Assembly: GCA_964508565.1 (NCBI GenBank) | Contig: CAZDUB010000004.1 | Span: 38,874-102,873 of the forward strand | Origin: an uncultured Elusimicrobia bacterium | GTDB lineage: Bacteria > Elusimicrobiota > Endomicrobiia > DTEH01 | Direction of reading: 5' to 3' | Length of the DNA stretch: 64,000 bases | Shown here: in pieces, positions 29,658 to 40,036 of the stretch | Position numbering within the stretch: position 1 is the stretch's first letter | Layout of the letters: every line of letters begins with the position of its first letter | Made by a program: the position numbers and the translations under genes | Notes under the pieces: generated by a model | Told to the model about the DNA's origin: nothing | Databases searched by the model: none | What the model saw: the letters and a program-made list of their open reading frames with translations, nothing else

Positions 29658-30703
29658 AACAGTATACTTACAATCCAGAATCTTACAGTAATTTTTGACT
29701 CATGATATCCTTTGAGTTCAAAATGATGATGTAAAGGTGCCATTAAAAATATTCTCTTTTTTGTTCTTTTGTAATAGCTTACTTGTAGAATAACAGACAA
29801 AGCTTCAACTACAAATACTCCTCCAGCAATAATCAACAATAATTCTTGTTTAATAAAAATTGCTACTGTTCCTAAAAGTCCACCTAAAAATAAAGAACCT
29901 GTATCACCCATAAAAATTGAAGCGGGATAAGAGTTGTACCACAAAAATCCTAATCCTACCCCTACTAAACAAGCCAAAACAATGGTTAACTCTCCTGCAC
30001 CTGCTACATAGACAATTTTTAAATAAGAAGCCAATTTAAAATTACCTGCTACATATGCTAAAATTGCGTATGTTATACTTACAAAAATTATATTACCAAT
30101 TGCTAAACCATCAAGCCCGTCTGTTAAATTTATACCATTTGAAGCACCTACGAATGTTAAAATCATAAATCCAATATATAAAATTCCTAAGTTTATAAAT
30201 GTTTCTTTAAGATAAGGAACATGAAGATGAGTATAATAAGACTCATTGGAAGGGTTTATGTATAGATAAATAGATAAAATTAATCCAAAAATTGTCTGAA
30301 ATAAAAGCTTATATCTTGCTGGTAGACCTTTTGGATGTTTTTTTACAATTTTTAGATAGTCATCAATGAATCCCAATATACCTAGATATATTATAGAAAA
30401 TATACTCCATAATACTAATCTATTTAATCTTGCAGATAGTAATATTGAAATAAGTAAACATACAAGGATTACTACACCTCCCATTGTAGGAGTGTTTTGT
30501 TTACTTAGGTGTGTCTTAGGGCCATCTTCTCTTATTGTCTGTGTAAATTGTTTACTTTTTATGTATTCTATGAACCATGGCATTATAATCATACAAATAA
30601 CAAATCCTATAAGAAAACCAAAGAAAGCCCTAAAAGTAATATATCTGAATATATTGAAGCAGCCAAAAAAATAGTTTGATAAAAATGATAAATAATAAAT
30701 CAT
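29621..30703 (-). CDS. mraY: phospho-N-acetylmuramoyl-pentapeptide transferase
   Basis: MraY multi-TM protein with conserved DD motifs; position within dcw cluster. Confidence 0.9.
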   Translation of the reverse strand: MIYYLSFLSNYFFGCFNIFRYITFRAFFGFLIGFVICMIIMPWFIEYIKSKQFTQTIREDGPKTHLSKQNTPTMGGVVILVCLLISILLSARLNRLVLWSIFSIIYLGILGFIDDYLKIVKKHPKGLPARYKLLFQTIFGLILSIYLYINPSNESYYTHLHVPYLKETFINLGILYIGFMILTFVGASNGINLTDGLDGLAIGNIIFVSITYAILAYVAGNFKLASYLKIVYVAGAGELTIVLACLVGVGLGFLWYNSYPASIFMGDTGSLFLGGLLGTVAIFIKQELLLIIAGGVFVVEALSVILQVSYYKRTKKRIFLMAPLHHHFELKGYHESKITVRFWIVSILLCVIALASLKIR

Positions 30704-30738
30704 AAAAAATCTCCTCAGATATGTTAATTTAGCAAAAT

Positions 30739-32166
30739 TTATTTATAATTTTCTATACATTTTATTTTTTTTACAACTTCAAAAAGTCCCACACTATGTG
30801 AAGATTTAAATAAAAAGTATAAATTTTTTTCTAAGTTAATTAAATTGATTATCTCACTAACAAGTTCATCTTTGTTTTCATAATAAACTGTTTTTTGTTT
30901 TTGAGCGGGAGTTAAGCTTTCGTATAAAAATTTCATGTATTTGCCAACAATAAACAGTTTTTCAATGTTTTGAAAATCAATTACATTTTTTAAGTTTTTG
31001 TGTTCTTCAATGGAATATTCTCCAAGTTCTAACATATCACCTAATACTAAAACTTTTTGTTTCTCTTTAAAAATTTTCATAAATTCTAAAATTGCAGTCT
31101 GCATAGAAGTAGGGTTTGCATTGTAACTTTCGTCTATTATTACATTATTTTTTATCTTGTAAATTTTCCATCGCATGTCTACAGGTTCAAACTCACTTAT
31201 AGCTTCTGAAATAACTCTGAAGTCATATATACCAAAAAAGAAGCAACATGTAATTGCAGCAAGAATATTGTAAACATTGTGTATCCCTAAAAGTTTTGTC
31301 TGGATAGGGGGAGATTTTAGTTTTAACCCAAGGGGATCTTTTATAACAATTTCAAGTTGAGTATAGTCAATATTTTGTTTAATTTCTGCAGTATATACAT
31401 CTGCATTGTCTATGTGAATGCTATACCACTTTTTTTCGCCAACCCAACCTATTGTTTTTAAAAATTGGTCATCTTTGTTTAAAACTAAGATTCCATTTTT
31501 ATTTAAGTATCTTATTATCTTTGTTTCTTCAATAAAAACATTTTCTAAAGAACCTAAAAATTCAAGATGTTCTTTACCTATATTGGTTATTACTGCTGCG
31601 TCTGGTTTTACAGTACTAGCTAATATATCCATCTCACATATTTGAGATATACCAATTTCTACTACACAATATTCGGTTTTTTTGTTAATAGAAAATAATG
31701 TATATGCCACCCCTAATAGATTATTTTGGTTAGAATAAGTAGAGACAACATTGTATTTTTTTGAAAATATAAAACTAATGAGCTCTTTTGTTGTGGTTTT
31801 TCCATTGCTACCTGCTACCGCAACTACTTTTAGTTTTGGGAAAGAACTTCTATATAACAAAGCTAATTTATCAAATGCAAGAGTAGTATCTTTGACTATA
31901 ATAAATTTTTTCTTATACTTGTCTATAATTGCTTCTTTGTTGGAGATTACAACAAAGTCAATATCTTTTATTATTTGATTTATGAAATTGTGGCCATCAA
32001 AATTTTTGCCCTTTATTGCGAAAAAAATACCACCCTTTCCTTTATAGCTTCTTGTGTCTGTTACAACTTTTTTTATTAAATATTGAGTTTTATCTGTTAA
32101 AATTTTAGCAGAAGTTGCTTCTAATAAACTTTTTAGCGGTATACTTTTTTCTAATTCAAAGTTCAT
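30739..32166 (-). CDS. murF: UDP-MurNAc-tripeptide--D-alanyl-D-alanine ligase
   Basis: VAVAGSNGKTTTKE Mur ligase P-loop; position after murE. Confidence 0.88.
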   Translation of the reverse strand: MNFELEKSIPLKSLLEATSAKILTDKTQYLIKKVVTDTRSYKGKGGIFFAIKGKNFDGHNFINQIIKDIDFVVISNKEAIIDKYKKKFIIVKDTTLAFDKLALLYRSSFPKLKVVAVAGSNGKTTTKELISFIFSKKYNVVSTYSNQNNLLGVAYTLFSINKKTEYCVVEIGISQICEMDILASTVKPDAAVITNIGKEHLEFLGSLENVFIEETKIIRYLNKNGILVLNKDDQFLKTIGWVGEKKWYSIHIDNADVYTAEIKQNIDYTQLEIVIKDPLGLKLKSPPIQTKLLGIHNVYNILAAITCCFFFGIYDFRVISEAISEFEPVDMRWKIYKIKNNVIIDESYNANPTSMQTAILEFMKIFKEKQKVLVLGDMLELGEYSIEEHKNLKNVIDFQNIEKLFIVGKYMKFLYESLTPAQKQKTVYYENKDELVSEIINLINLEKNLYFLFKSSHSVGLFEVVKKIKCIENYK

Positions 32167-33692
32167 AAGTTTTTAAAGTATTCTTTTATAATTTCGCGTT
32201 CATCAAAGTGGATTTTTGTAGTTCCTATTATTTGATAATCCTCATGTCCTTTACCTGCTAAAAGTACAATATCATTTTGTTTGGCTAAAGATAATGCTCT
32301 AAAAATTGCTTCTTTTCTGTCAGGAATAATCTCATAGTTTGTGTTTCCTGCTTTTTTTATTCCAACCTCTATGTCTAATAGTATTCTTTGTGGATCTTCT
32401 GTCCTTGGGTTGTCAGAAGTTACAATTACATAGTCAGCATGTGTTGTTGCAATAGCTCCCATTACAGGGCGTTTACTTCTGTCTCTGTCTCCACCACAAC
32501 CAAATACTACAATCAAGTTTTTATGTTCTAACTTTTTTAGAGTAGTTATAACTTTTTGTAATGCATCTGGAGTGTGTGCATAGTCTATTATTACAGTAAA
32601 ACCTTTTGAAGTTTTTACAACTTCTAACCTACCAGGGATATTTTTTACATTGGATATCCCATCCAAAATATATTTTATATCAATATTTTGTGAATATGCA
32701 GCAGCAAAAGCTAATAGTATATTGTAAACATTAAATTCACCTATTAGTTTTGAAGAAATTTTTACTTTCTTTGAAGAGTTGTAATAAATTTCAAATTGTG
32801 TACCAGTGCTTGAGTATTCTTCATTAACTGCTACAATTTTTTTATTTCCGTTTTTATTTTTAGCGCCTTTACTACACAATATAATTTCTTCTGAATTACA
32901 CAAATTTATTAGTTTTTTACCGTATTCATCATCATAATTTATAACACAAACTTTATTACCAAAATCTTTTAAACTAAAAATTTCTTTTTTTTCTTTTCTC
33001 ATATTTCTAAAAAGTAAACTTTTTGCATAAAAATATTCTTCCATACTGTTATGATAATCAAGATGTTCCTGTGATAAATTCGTAAAAATTGCAATATCAA
33101 ATTCACATTCTTCAACTCTTTTTTGTACCAAGGAGTGGGAAGAAACCTCCATTACAACTACCTCAACTCCACAGTTTAGCATCTCAAACAAGATTTTTTG
33201 TAGGTCTGAAGCAAAAGGGGTTGTGTTGTTCGCAGGTATTACTTTATCATTGAATCTATAGTTTATTGTTCCAATAACACCAGTTTTAAATCCAGCTGAT
33301 TTAAAGATAGATTCTAAAAGATATGTTATTGTGGTCTTTCCATTTGTACCTGTAACACCAATAAGAAGTAATTTTTTTGAAGGATGGTCAAAAAAATTAG
33401 CAGAAACTTTAGCTAATGCCGAATTAGCATCTTTTACTACAATTATTGGCACATCGTATTTATCTGCAGGTATATCTTTTTGTGTAATTATAGCTTTGGC
33501 TCCATTTCTTATTGCTTCTTCTATATATAAAGTTCCGTCAGTATGAGCACCCTTCAGGCATACAAAGATATCACCTTCTGAGATTTCTTTTGAGTTGTAT
33601 TTTATTCCTTTTATTGTTTCGTTTAGGTATCTCTCATTATAGATTTTAATAATATCTAAGTTTTCTGTTATAGATTTAATAGGCTTTTGCAT
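32163..33692 (-). CDS. murE: UDP-MurNAc-L-Ala-D-Glu--2,6-diaminopimelate ligase
   Basis: GVTGTNGKTT P-loop; DNPR motif consistent with meso-DAP specificity. Confidence 0.88.
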   Translation of the reverse strand: MQKPIKSITENLDIIKIYNERYLNETIKGIKYNSKEISEGDIFVCLKGAHTDGTLYIEEAIRNGAKAIITQKDIPADKYDVPIIVVKDANSALAKVSANFFDHPSKKLLLIGVTGTNGKTTITYLLESIFKSAGFKTGVIGTINYRFNDKVIPANNTTPFASDLQKILFEMLNCGVEVVVMEVSSHSLVQKRVEECEFDIAIFTNLSQEHLDYHNSMEEYFYAKSLLFRNMRKEKKEIFSLKDFGNKVCVINYDDEYGKKLINLCNSEEIILCSKGAKNKNGNKKIVAVNEEYSSTGTQFEIYYNSSKKVKISSKLIGEFNVYNILLAFAAAYSQNIDIKYILDGISNVKNIPGRLEVVKTSKGFTVIIDYAHTPDALQKVITTLKKLEHKNLIVVFGCGGDRDRSKRPVMGAIATTHADYVIVTSDNPRTEDPQRILLDIEVGIKKAGNTNYEIIPDRKEAIFRALSLAKQNDIVLLAGKGHEDYQIIGTTKIHFDEREIIKEYFKNL

Positions 33693-35391
33693 AGTACACC
33701 TCGTTATAATATTTTAATATTTCACTAACTACTTCTCTAAATATAGGTACAGCAACTTCTGAAGCTAAAGTTCCTCTTTTAGGCTCATCCACAAATATAC
33801 CAACTGTAAATTTTGGTTCTTCTTTTGGGAAAAACCCACAGCAACTCATTAAATATTTATCATTTGAGTAGACGTTTAGTTTTGTATCAAATTTTTGTGC
33901 AGTACCTGTTTTAGCACATATATTTACCGCTTCTATTTTAGCTTTTTTTGCTGTTCCTCTTTCAACTGTTTGATACATAAACTCTTTAATTATATTTGCA
34001 GTTTTCTCTGAAACTACTTTTCGTATAACTGTCTTTTTATTAGAATAAATAACATTGTTATTGCTATCTAAAATACTTTTTACGATATATGGTTGTAAAA
34101 GAACCCCATTGTTTGCTATTGCAGTGTAACCATTTATTATCTGTATGAAATTTACAGAAAGTCCTTGTCCAAAGCTTACATTTATTGGTGAAATTGGAGA
34201 GTACCCTTTTGAATTAATTTTTGGTATAAAACCTTTTGCTTCATAAGGTAGTTCAATACCAGTTAAATTGCCAAAACCAAATAAACTTAGATAATTAAAC
34301 AGTTTTTCAGCATTGCCATATTTTAAATAAATTTTTGCCATACCTATGTTTGATGAATGCACTAGTATATCTTCTACTGTTAGAATTTTGTTTGGTTTTA
34401 CATCTTTAATTGTAACTCCAAGATATGTAAATTTACCATTTTCACAGTCAAACTTTGTATCAGGAGTAACAACTTTTTCTTCTAAAAAAACTGCCATTGG
34501 AAAAATTTTAAAAATAGAACCGGGTTCATAAACATAATTTACAGCAAAGTTACTTTGAGGAGTATCTGTTTTTGGCAATGTGCTCAAAACAATAATCTCA
34601 CCGGATTGTGTATCTTGTACTATACATACTATAAAGTTTGGCTTATATATTTCGTAAAACTTATCTAATAAGCTTTCTATTCTACTTTGAAGTTCAATAT
34701 CTAAAGTTAAGACTACTGTGAAGTTTTTGTTATTTTCTAATAAACTCTTTGCATCTGAAAAATTTGCTAATCTGAAATATTTTTTCTGTAAAGCACCGGT
34801 TTTGTATGCCAAAATTTCTTTTTTCTTCATGTTTGAAAGTAAATCATTAAAGGCAAGTTCAACTCCTGAATAGCCGTTGTTGTCTTTATTTACTCTTCCT
34901 ATTACATAACTTCCAATGTTTTCATATGGATAGATTCTTTTTTGTGTAACTACAATTTCCACACCGGGAATAAATTTTATTTCTTTAATTTTTATTAAAT
35001 CTACTTCTTCTGCTAAACAAAACCTTTTAAATTTTTTACATTTTTCTATAAGTTCATTTTCAGATATATTAAAAGTTTCATACAGGAGCTTTAGGTTTTT
35101 TTGTATAATCGTTGGTTTTAGTTTTTTTAAACTTTCTATACCATTTAAAAACCATTTTGAATTTATATATACAGAAGCAACTTCAACTGATGTAGCTAAG
35201 ATTTTATTGTTCCTGTCTACTATATCTCCTCTAGGAATATTTATATCTATTTTTGTAGATATTTGTCTTTCAATCTTAATAGAATATTTTTTATAGTCCC
35301 ATATTTGTAGCAAAAAAAGTCGTATTGCAATGATAGAGGGAATAATAAATAAAAATATAAATTTTATTATTAAAACTTTTTTTCTATCCAT
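33676..35391 (-). CDS. ftsI: penicillin-binding protein 2/3 transpeptidase (FtsI-like)
   Basis: N-terminal TM helix, PBP dimerisation domain, SxxK (EPGSIFK) and KTGT motifs. Confidence 0.88.
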   Translation of the reverse strand: MDRKKVLIIKFIFLFIIPSIIAIRLFLLQIWDYKKYSIKIERQISTKIDINIPRGDIVDRNNKILATSVEVASVYINSKWFLNGIESLKKLKPTIIQKNLKLLYETFNISENELIEKCKKFKRFCLAEEVDLIKIKEIKFIPGVEIVVTQKRIYPYENIGSYVIGRVNKDNNGYSGVELAFNDLLSNMKKKEILAYKTGALQKKYFRLANFSDAKSLLENNKNFTVVLTLDIELQSRIESLLDKFYEIYKPNFIVCIVQDTQSGEIIVLSTLPKTDTPQSNFAVNYVYEPGSIFKIFPMAVFLEEKVVTPDTKFDCENGKFTYLGVTIKDVKPNKILTVEDILVHSSNIGMAKIYLKYGNAEKLFNYLSLFGFGNLTGIELPYEAKGFIPKINSKGYSPISPINVSFGQGLSVNFIQIINGYTAIANNGVLLQPYIVKSILDSNNNVIYSNKKTVIRKVVSEKTANIIKEFMYQTVERGTAKKAKIEAVNICAKTGTAQKFDTKLNVYSNDKYLMSCCGFFPKEEPKFTVGIFVDEPKRGTLASEVAVPIFREVVSEILKYYNEVYYAKAY

Positions 35392-35395
35392 AACT

Positions 35396-35668
35396 TCATT
35401 CTAAAATTATAATATCTTCTTCCTTCGGTGCTACAAGATTTAAACTTTTAGCAAGCGAATTTAACCTGTTTGTGTCTGTAAGTTTTTGTAAGTGTAACAG
35501 TAGTTTTTTGTTTTCATTTTCTTCTATTTGAATAAGTTCGTATATTTGGTTTATGTTATATTGCATCTTTACAATTAAATATTGTTGTCTTAGATAAAAA
35601 ATGAAAAGAAATATAAATAAAATTATCAAAACCCAATTTGGTAGCTTTCTGTTTTTCTGTTTTTTCAT
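35396..35668 (-). CDS. ftsL: cell division protein FtsL-like (small bitopic membrane protein)
   Basis: 90 aa, single TM helix followed by coiled-coil; lies between rsmH and ftsI. Confidence 0.65.
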   Translation of the reverse strand: MKKQKNRKLPNWVLIILFIFLFIFYLRQQYLIVKMQYNINQIYELIQIEENENKKLLLHLQKLTDTNRLNSLAKSLNLVAPKEEDIIILE

Positions 35669-36570
35669 AGTTTTTCAGCAGCTCTTAATTTGGCACTGCG
35701 AGAAGAAATGTTATTTAAAATTTCTTCGCTTTTAGGGGTAACAGGTTTTTTTGTGATAATTTTTATATCATTTCTTTTTCTAAAAATGTTTTTTACTATT
35801 CTGTCTTCTAATGAATGATATGAAACAGCAACAATTCTTCCTTTAGAAGATAATATGTCAATTGTATTGTTTAAACCCACTTCTATATTATAAAGTTCGT
35901 TATTTATGAAAATTCGTAATGCTTGTAATATTTTAGTTATGGGGTTAAACTTAAATTTTAATTTTTGTTTTTTATCTTTTAGAAAAATTTCTTTATTCTT
36001 TGGTTTAGATATTTTTTTAAATATTTCTATTAAATCTTTTGCTGAATTAATTTGTTTGTTTTTGCGGTATTCAACTATTTCTTTTGCTATAAATTTACTA
36101 TATCTTTCTTCTCCATATTTTAAAAAAATTTCATAAAGTTGTTTTTCAGAATAATTGTTCAATATATAAGAAGCAGTAAGGACAGTTTGGGACGGATCCA
36201 TTCTCATGTCAAGGATTTCGTCATTAAAACTAAAGCCTCTACCACTCTTTATTTGCAATGTTGAGAACCCAAAATCAAACATTGCACCTGCAATGGTATT
36301 TATTTTTAATTCGGCGATAATTTCTTTTATGTTTATAAAATTTTGTTTGACAATAATTAAGTTGCCTTTTTCAATATAGTGTTTTAATCTTTCTTTTGAA
36401 AAATCAATAGCTGCACTATCCCAATCAATACCTATCACTTTACAGTTAGGGCATAAACTTAGCAGTTTTTCTGTATAACCACCGCAACCAATTGTAGCAT
36501 CTACATATGTTTTGCCATTTTCAGGTTTTAAAAATTCAATTACTTCATTAACTAAAACAGGAATATGCAT
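35665..36570 (-). CDS. rsmH: 16S rRNA (cytosine1402-N4)-methyltransferase
   Basis: MHIPVLVNEV...YVDATIGCGGYTE N-terminus. Confidence 0.9.
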   Translation of the reverse strand: MHIPVLVNEVIEFLKPENGKTYVDATIGCGGYTEKLLSLCPNCKVIGIDWDSAAIDFSKERLKHYIEKGNLIIVKQNFINIKEIIAELKINTIAGAMFDFGFSTLQIKSGRGFSFNDEILDMRMDPSQTVLTASYILNNYSEKQLYEIFLKYGEERYSKFIAKEIVEYRKNKQINSAKDLIEIFKKISKPKNKEIFLKDKKQKLKFKFNPITKILQALRIFINNELYNIEVGLNNTIDILSSKGRIVAVSYHSLEDRIVKNIFRKRNDIKIITKKPVTPKSEEILNNISSRSAKLRAAEKL

Positions 36571-36573
36571 AAA

Positions 36574-37002
36574 TTAAATATCTATCTGTGACTTTACCAT
36601 ATTTAGTATCTTGGAGGCATCTTTATAATATTTTTCCCATGTTTTTTTAGCCCATATTTCAATTTTGTTTCTATTTCCAACAACTACAACCTCGTTTTCA
36701 ATTTCAAACTTATCTTTAAACTTTTGTGGAATAAGAAGTCTTCCTTGTTTATCTATACTTAAAATTTCTGCTTCTGCAAAAAATGTTCTTATAAATGTGC
36801 GCTGATATGTTTTATTTTTTAAAGATATGGTTTCTATTTTTTTTACTATATTGTGCCACTTTTCAAAAGGATAAACTTCTATACAGCCGTCAATACCATA
36901 AGTGAGTACATATTTGTTGCCTACTCTGTATTTTTGTGGTAGAAACAGTCTATTTTTATTGTCTAAAGTATGATATGAGATACCAGTAAAAATTTGTTGC
37001 AT
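36574..37002 (-). CDS. mraZ: transcriptional regulator MraZ
   Basis: Duplicated DxxxR motif (LDNKNRLFLP; DKQGRLLIP); 142 aa. Confidence 0.9.
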   Translation of the reverse strand: MQQIFTGISYHTLDNKNRLFLPQKYRVGNKYVLTYGIDGCIEVYPFEKWHNIVKKIETISLKNKTYQRTFIRTFFAEAEILSIDKQGRLLIPQKFKDKFEIENEVVVVGNRNKIEIWAKKTWEKYYKDASKILNMVKSQIDI

Positions 37003-37031
37003 AGTAGTACTACTACTTAGATGTTATTCTA

Positions 37032-37056
37032 TACCACTTTATACCACTTTATACCA
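37032..37056 (-). promoter_or_regulatory. three direct TGGTA repeats at 10-bp spacing (AAAGTGGTAT units), a putative MraZ operator
   Basis: Plus-strand taccactttataccactttatacca; on the gene strand TGGTATAAAGTGGTATAAAGTGGTA, lying 30-54 nt upstream of the mraZ ATG. Confidence 0.6.
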
Positions 37057-37066
37057 TCAATGTCAA
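37038..37066 (-). promoter_or_regulatory. Pmra candidate: TTGACA-17-TATAAA on the minus strand, overlapped by the MraZ boxes
   Basis: Reverse complement of 37061-37066 is TTGACA and of 37038-37043 is TATAAA; exact 17-nt spacer. Confidence 0.5.
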
Positions 37067-37118
37067 TAGATGAGAAAAAAATTGGTGTGGTTATAAAAAT
37101 TAATGAGGGTGTAAGAGA

Positions 37119-37988
37119 TTAACTTGATATGTTTCTTATAATATCAAGGTTTTTTTTATCCATGAGAGATATTTTATCAAAAGAAGTCTCCTTAGGTGTC
37201 TCTAAAATTAAAGGAATTTTTCTAAATTGGCTAATTATAGTTTTAAATCCTTCAATTCCAATATAGCCTTCTCCTATGTGTTGGTGAAGATCTATTTTGC
37301 TACCTAAAGGTGTTTTTGAATCATTAAGATGGATAAGCTTTATTTTATCTACAGATATTTTGTTTTCTTTTAGCTCTTTAAAAATAGATTTTATACCATT
37401 TTTGTCCCTTATGTCATATCCATAGGCAAAAGTGTGAGCTGTGTCGATACAGATTCCTATAAATTTAGAGTAGTTGCTTCTATTTATTATAGAAGCAAGT
37501 TCACTAAAAGTTCTACCTAATTTTCTACCATTACCACACACATTTTCTAATAAAAGCATAAATTTTATGTTTTTATATTTTTTTAAAATCTCTTCAAAAC
37601 ATTCATCAATACATTTGACCACTTGGTTTATTCCATCTTGTATGCTATATCCTTCAGAATAACTTCCAGGATGCATAACAAGATAATCAGCTTGGAACTT
37701 TGTTACAAGATCCATTTCTAACTTTAACAATTCTTTGCTTTTTTTATAGACCTCTTTGTTTGAGCTTGCTGGATTTGGAAGATATGCTGTATGTATTATA
37801 AGAGGAGAGATTTTCAGTTTTCTTCTTAATTCTGTAAACTCTTTTATTTGGTTATCATCAGGTGGCTTAAACTTCCAGATTCTTGGGGAGTGGGTAAACA
37901 TCTGAAGACAATTAATGCCTAATTGTTTTGCTTCTAATAAAACATTTTGGAAACCTTTTCTTATAGAACAATGTACGCCAAGTTTCAT
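37119..37988 (-). CDS. nfo: endonuclease IV (AP endonuclease family 2)
   Basis: MKLGVHCSI...; TIM-barrel xylose-isomerase-like fold with HxxY/HLND motifs. Confidence 0.85.
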   Translation of the reverse strand: MKLGVHCSIRKGFQNVLLEAKQLGINCLQMFTHSPRIWKFKPPDDNQIKEFTELRRKLKISPLIIHTAYLPNPASSNKEVYKKSKELLKLEMDLVTKFQADYLVMHPGSYSEGYSIQDGINQVVKCIDECFEEILKKYKNIKFMLLLENVCGNGRKLGRTFSELASIINRSNYSKFIGICIDTAHTFAYGYDIRDKNGIKSIFKELKENKISVDKIKLIHLNDSKTPLGSKIDLHQHIGEGYIGIEGFKTIISQFRKIPLILETPKETSFDKISLMDKKNLDIIRNISS

Positions 37989-40036
37989 TGGTTAGTTTTT
38001 CTTTTTTTATAAAATTCTACTACTTTTTCGAAATCCATTGTGATGCTGCATTCTGGCAAAGAGTTTAAGAAATACTTTCCATACCATCGAGTTCTTATTC
38101 GTGGGTCAAGAATAGTTATTATGCCCCAGTCAGTTTTTCTTCTAATTAGTCTTCCAAAACCTTGTTTTAACTTTATTACAGCATTTGGCAGGATATAATC
38201 CTTAAAAGAATCGCCACCTTCTAAATCTATTTTTTCAGCTTTTGCTTCTACTACTGGATGGTCTGGAACATCAAAAGGTAGTTTTGGTATTATTATAGAA
38301 ATCAGCTTTTCTCCAGGAATGTCTACTCCTTGCCAAAATGTATCTACACCAAATAAGACTGAATTTTCTGTACTTTTATATTGTTCTAAAAGTTTGTATT
38401 TAGTTGTGTTTTGAATTAAAATTTTGAAGTTTGTTTGGATATTTTCATATACCCATTTCATTAGTTCAAAACTTGTAAATAATACAAATGTATTTCCCTT
38501 GGTTAAATTTATAAGTTTGCTAATTATGTTTATTATTGCAATTTTAAATGTTTCTGTTTCTTCTTTTGGGTTGGGAATATTTTCAGGTAGATATAGCAAT
38601 ACATTATTTTTAAAATCAAAAGGAGAAGATAAAGTAACTTGTTTTGTTTCAGTACAGCCGTTTATAATTTCTGGTATAAGTCCCACAGAGGATTTAAAAA
38701 ATTCGTATTGGTTGTTTACACATAAAGTAGCTGAAGTAAACACAATTTTGTCGTATACAGAGTAGACTTTTTGTTGCATCTCGTTTGCTACTTCTAATGG
38801 AGTTATTCTTAAAGTTATTTTTGGTGTTTTTCTTTTTGTTTCCTCTTTTTCTAACCAGTATATAAAATTCTTAGTATCTTCACATTTAAGCCAAAAAGAT
38901 ATTGTACCAATAAAATTGATAATTCTTTTACAGAAACTGTTTATTTTGAAAAACTCCTCGTCTGTATCAACTTGATTTCTTGCTAATTTAAGTTTGTTTA
39001 AAAGTTCAGAAAGAGCAGGAGTTATAACATCTTCAACTATGTTAGGTTCAAATATTCTTATTTCGTTTTTTTCTTTTGGAATTTTTAGGCTTAGTTCCGT
39101 AAAGAACTGTCCTGATGCTGCATTTATTTCCATTATTGAGTTAATTATGCTTTCTTTTAAGTTATCTGAAAGAGAGGGGAGTTTAGTTATAAGCCCTCTT
39201 GATTTATTTGGATTGTAAATTTGTTTGCAAAGAAATTTTATTTGGGTATTAGAGATGTTGTATCCCAACCATTGCAGTATTACATCTTCTAAATCGTGAG
39301 CTTCGTCAAATATCACAATATCTTCAAAATCTTTGGAAGCTTTGGGAAGAAGTTTACCAGAATAAAAAATATTTGCGAAAAACAAATGATGGTTTACTAC
39401 TACGACATCTACTTCTTTAAGTTTATGTATGTTTTTGTAATAAAAGCATTGTTCATAAAATTTACACTTTTTTGCTCTACATAAATCAGGTTCTCTGTTG
39501 ATTTCGTCCCATATAGATAAGTCTTCTAATTCTAACTCTTCTATACAACCAGTTTCAGTATAACTTAGCCAGTTTTGTATTTGTGCGATAGATATAATAT
39601 CTTCAGCAGTCAAATTTTCTTTTTTTAATTCTTGAAATCTTTGTAAACAAATATAGTTTTCGCTCCCATACATTACTGTGTATTTTAACTCTTCATCATA
39701 TAGTGTTTTAATAAATTCTTTGACAATAGGTAGGTCTTTTTGAAGAAGTTGTTGTTGTAAAGTTTTAGTATATGTTGAGACAATGGCTCTAGCGTTTTTG
39801 TTTTTTTCTTTCATATAAATGCTTACTGATATCAGATAAGCTAAACTTTTACCAACTCCTGTGGGTGCTTCTACTATTATTTTTTTGTTTTCCACTAATG
39901 CTTTAAAGATCTCTTTTGCCATTAAAGTTTGTTGTTTTCTTGGCTCAAAATCTGGTAGAACTTCTTTTAAATAATGATTAAAGATTTCTTCAAAATTTAT
40001 GTTTGATACTTGTGAGTTTTTTTTGATGTTTGTCAT
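37985..40036 (-). CDS. dinG: ATP-dependent DNA helicase, DinG/XPD (Rad3) family with Fe-S domain
   Basis: Walker A (EAPTGVGKSLAYL), DEAH box, four-Cys cluster (C..C..C..C), helicase C-terminal motifs. Confidence 0.8.
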   Translation of the reverse strand: MTNIKKNSQVSNINFEEIFNHYLKEVLPDFEPRKQQTLMAKEIFKALVENKKIIVEAPTGVGKSLAYLISVSIYMKEKNKNARAIVSTYTKTLQQQLLQKDLPIVKEFIKTLYDEELKYTVMYGSENYICLQRFQELKKENLTAEDIISIAQIQNWLSYTETGCIEELELEDLSIWDEINREPDLCRAKKCKFYEQCFYYKNIHKLKEVDVVVVNHHLFFANIFYSGKLLPKASKDFEDIVIFDEAHDLEDVILQWLGYNISNTQIKFLCKQIYNPNKSRGLITKLPSLSDNLKESIINSIMEINAASGQFFTELSLKIPKEKNEIRIFEPNIVEDVITPALSELLNKLKLARNQVDTDEEFFKINSFCKRIINFIGTISFWLKCEDTKNFIYWLEKEETKRKTPKITLRITPLEVANEMQQKVYSVYDKIVFTSATLCVNNQYEFFKSSVGLIPEIINGCTETKQVTLSSPFDFKNNVLLYLPENIPNPKEETETFKIAIINIISKLINLTKGNTFVLFTSFELMKWVYENIQTNFKILIQNTTKYKLLEQYKSTENSVLFGVDTFWQGVDIPGEKLISIIIPKLPFDVPDHPVVEAKAEKIDLEGGDSFKDYILPNAVIKLKQGFGRLIRRKTDWGIITILDPRIRTRWYGKYFLNSLPECSITMDFEKVVEFYKKRKTNQ

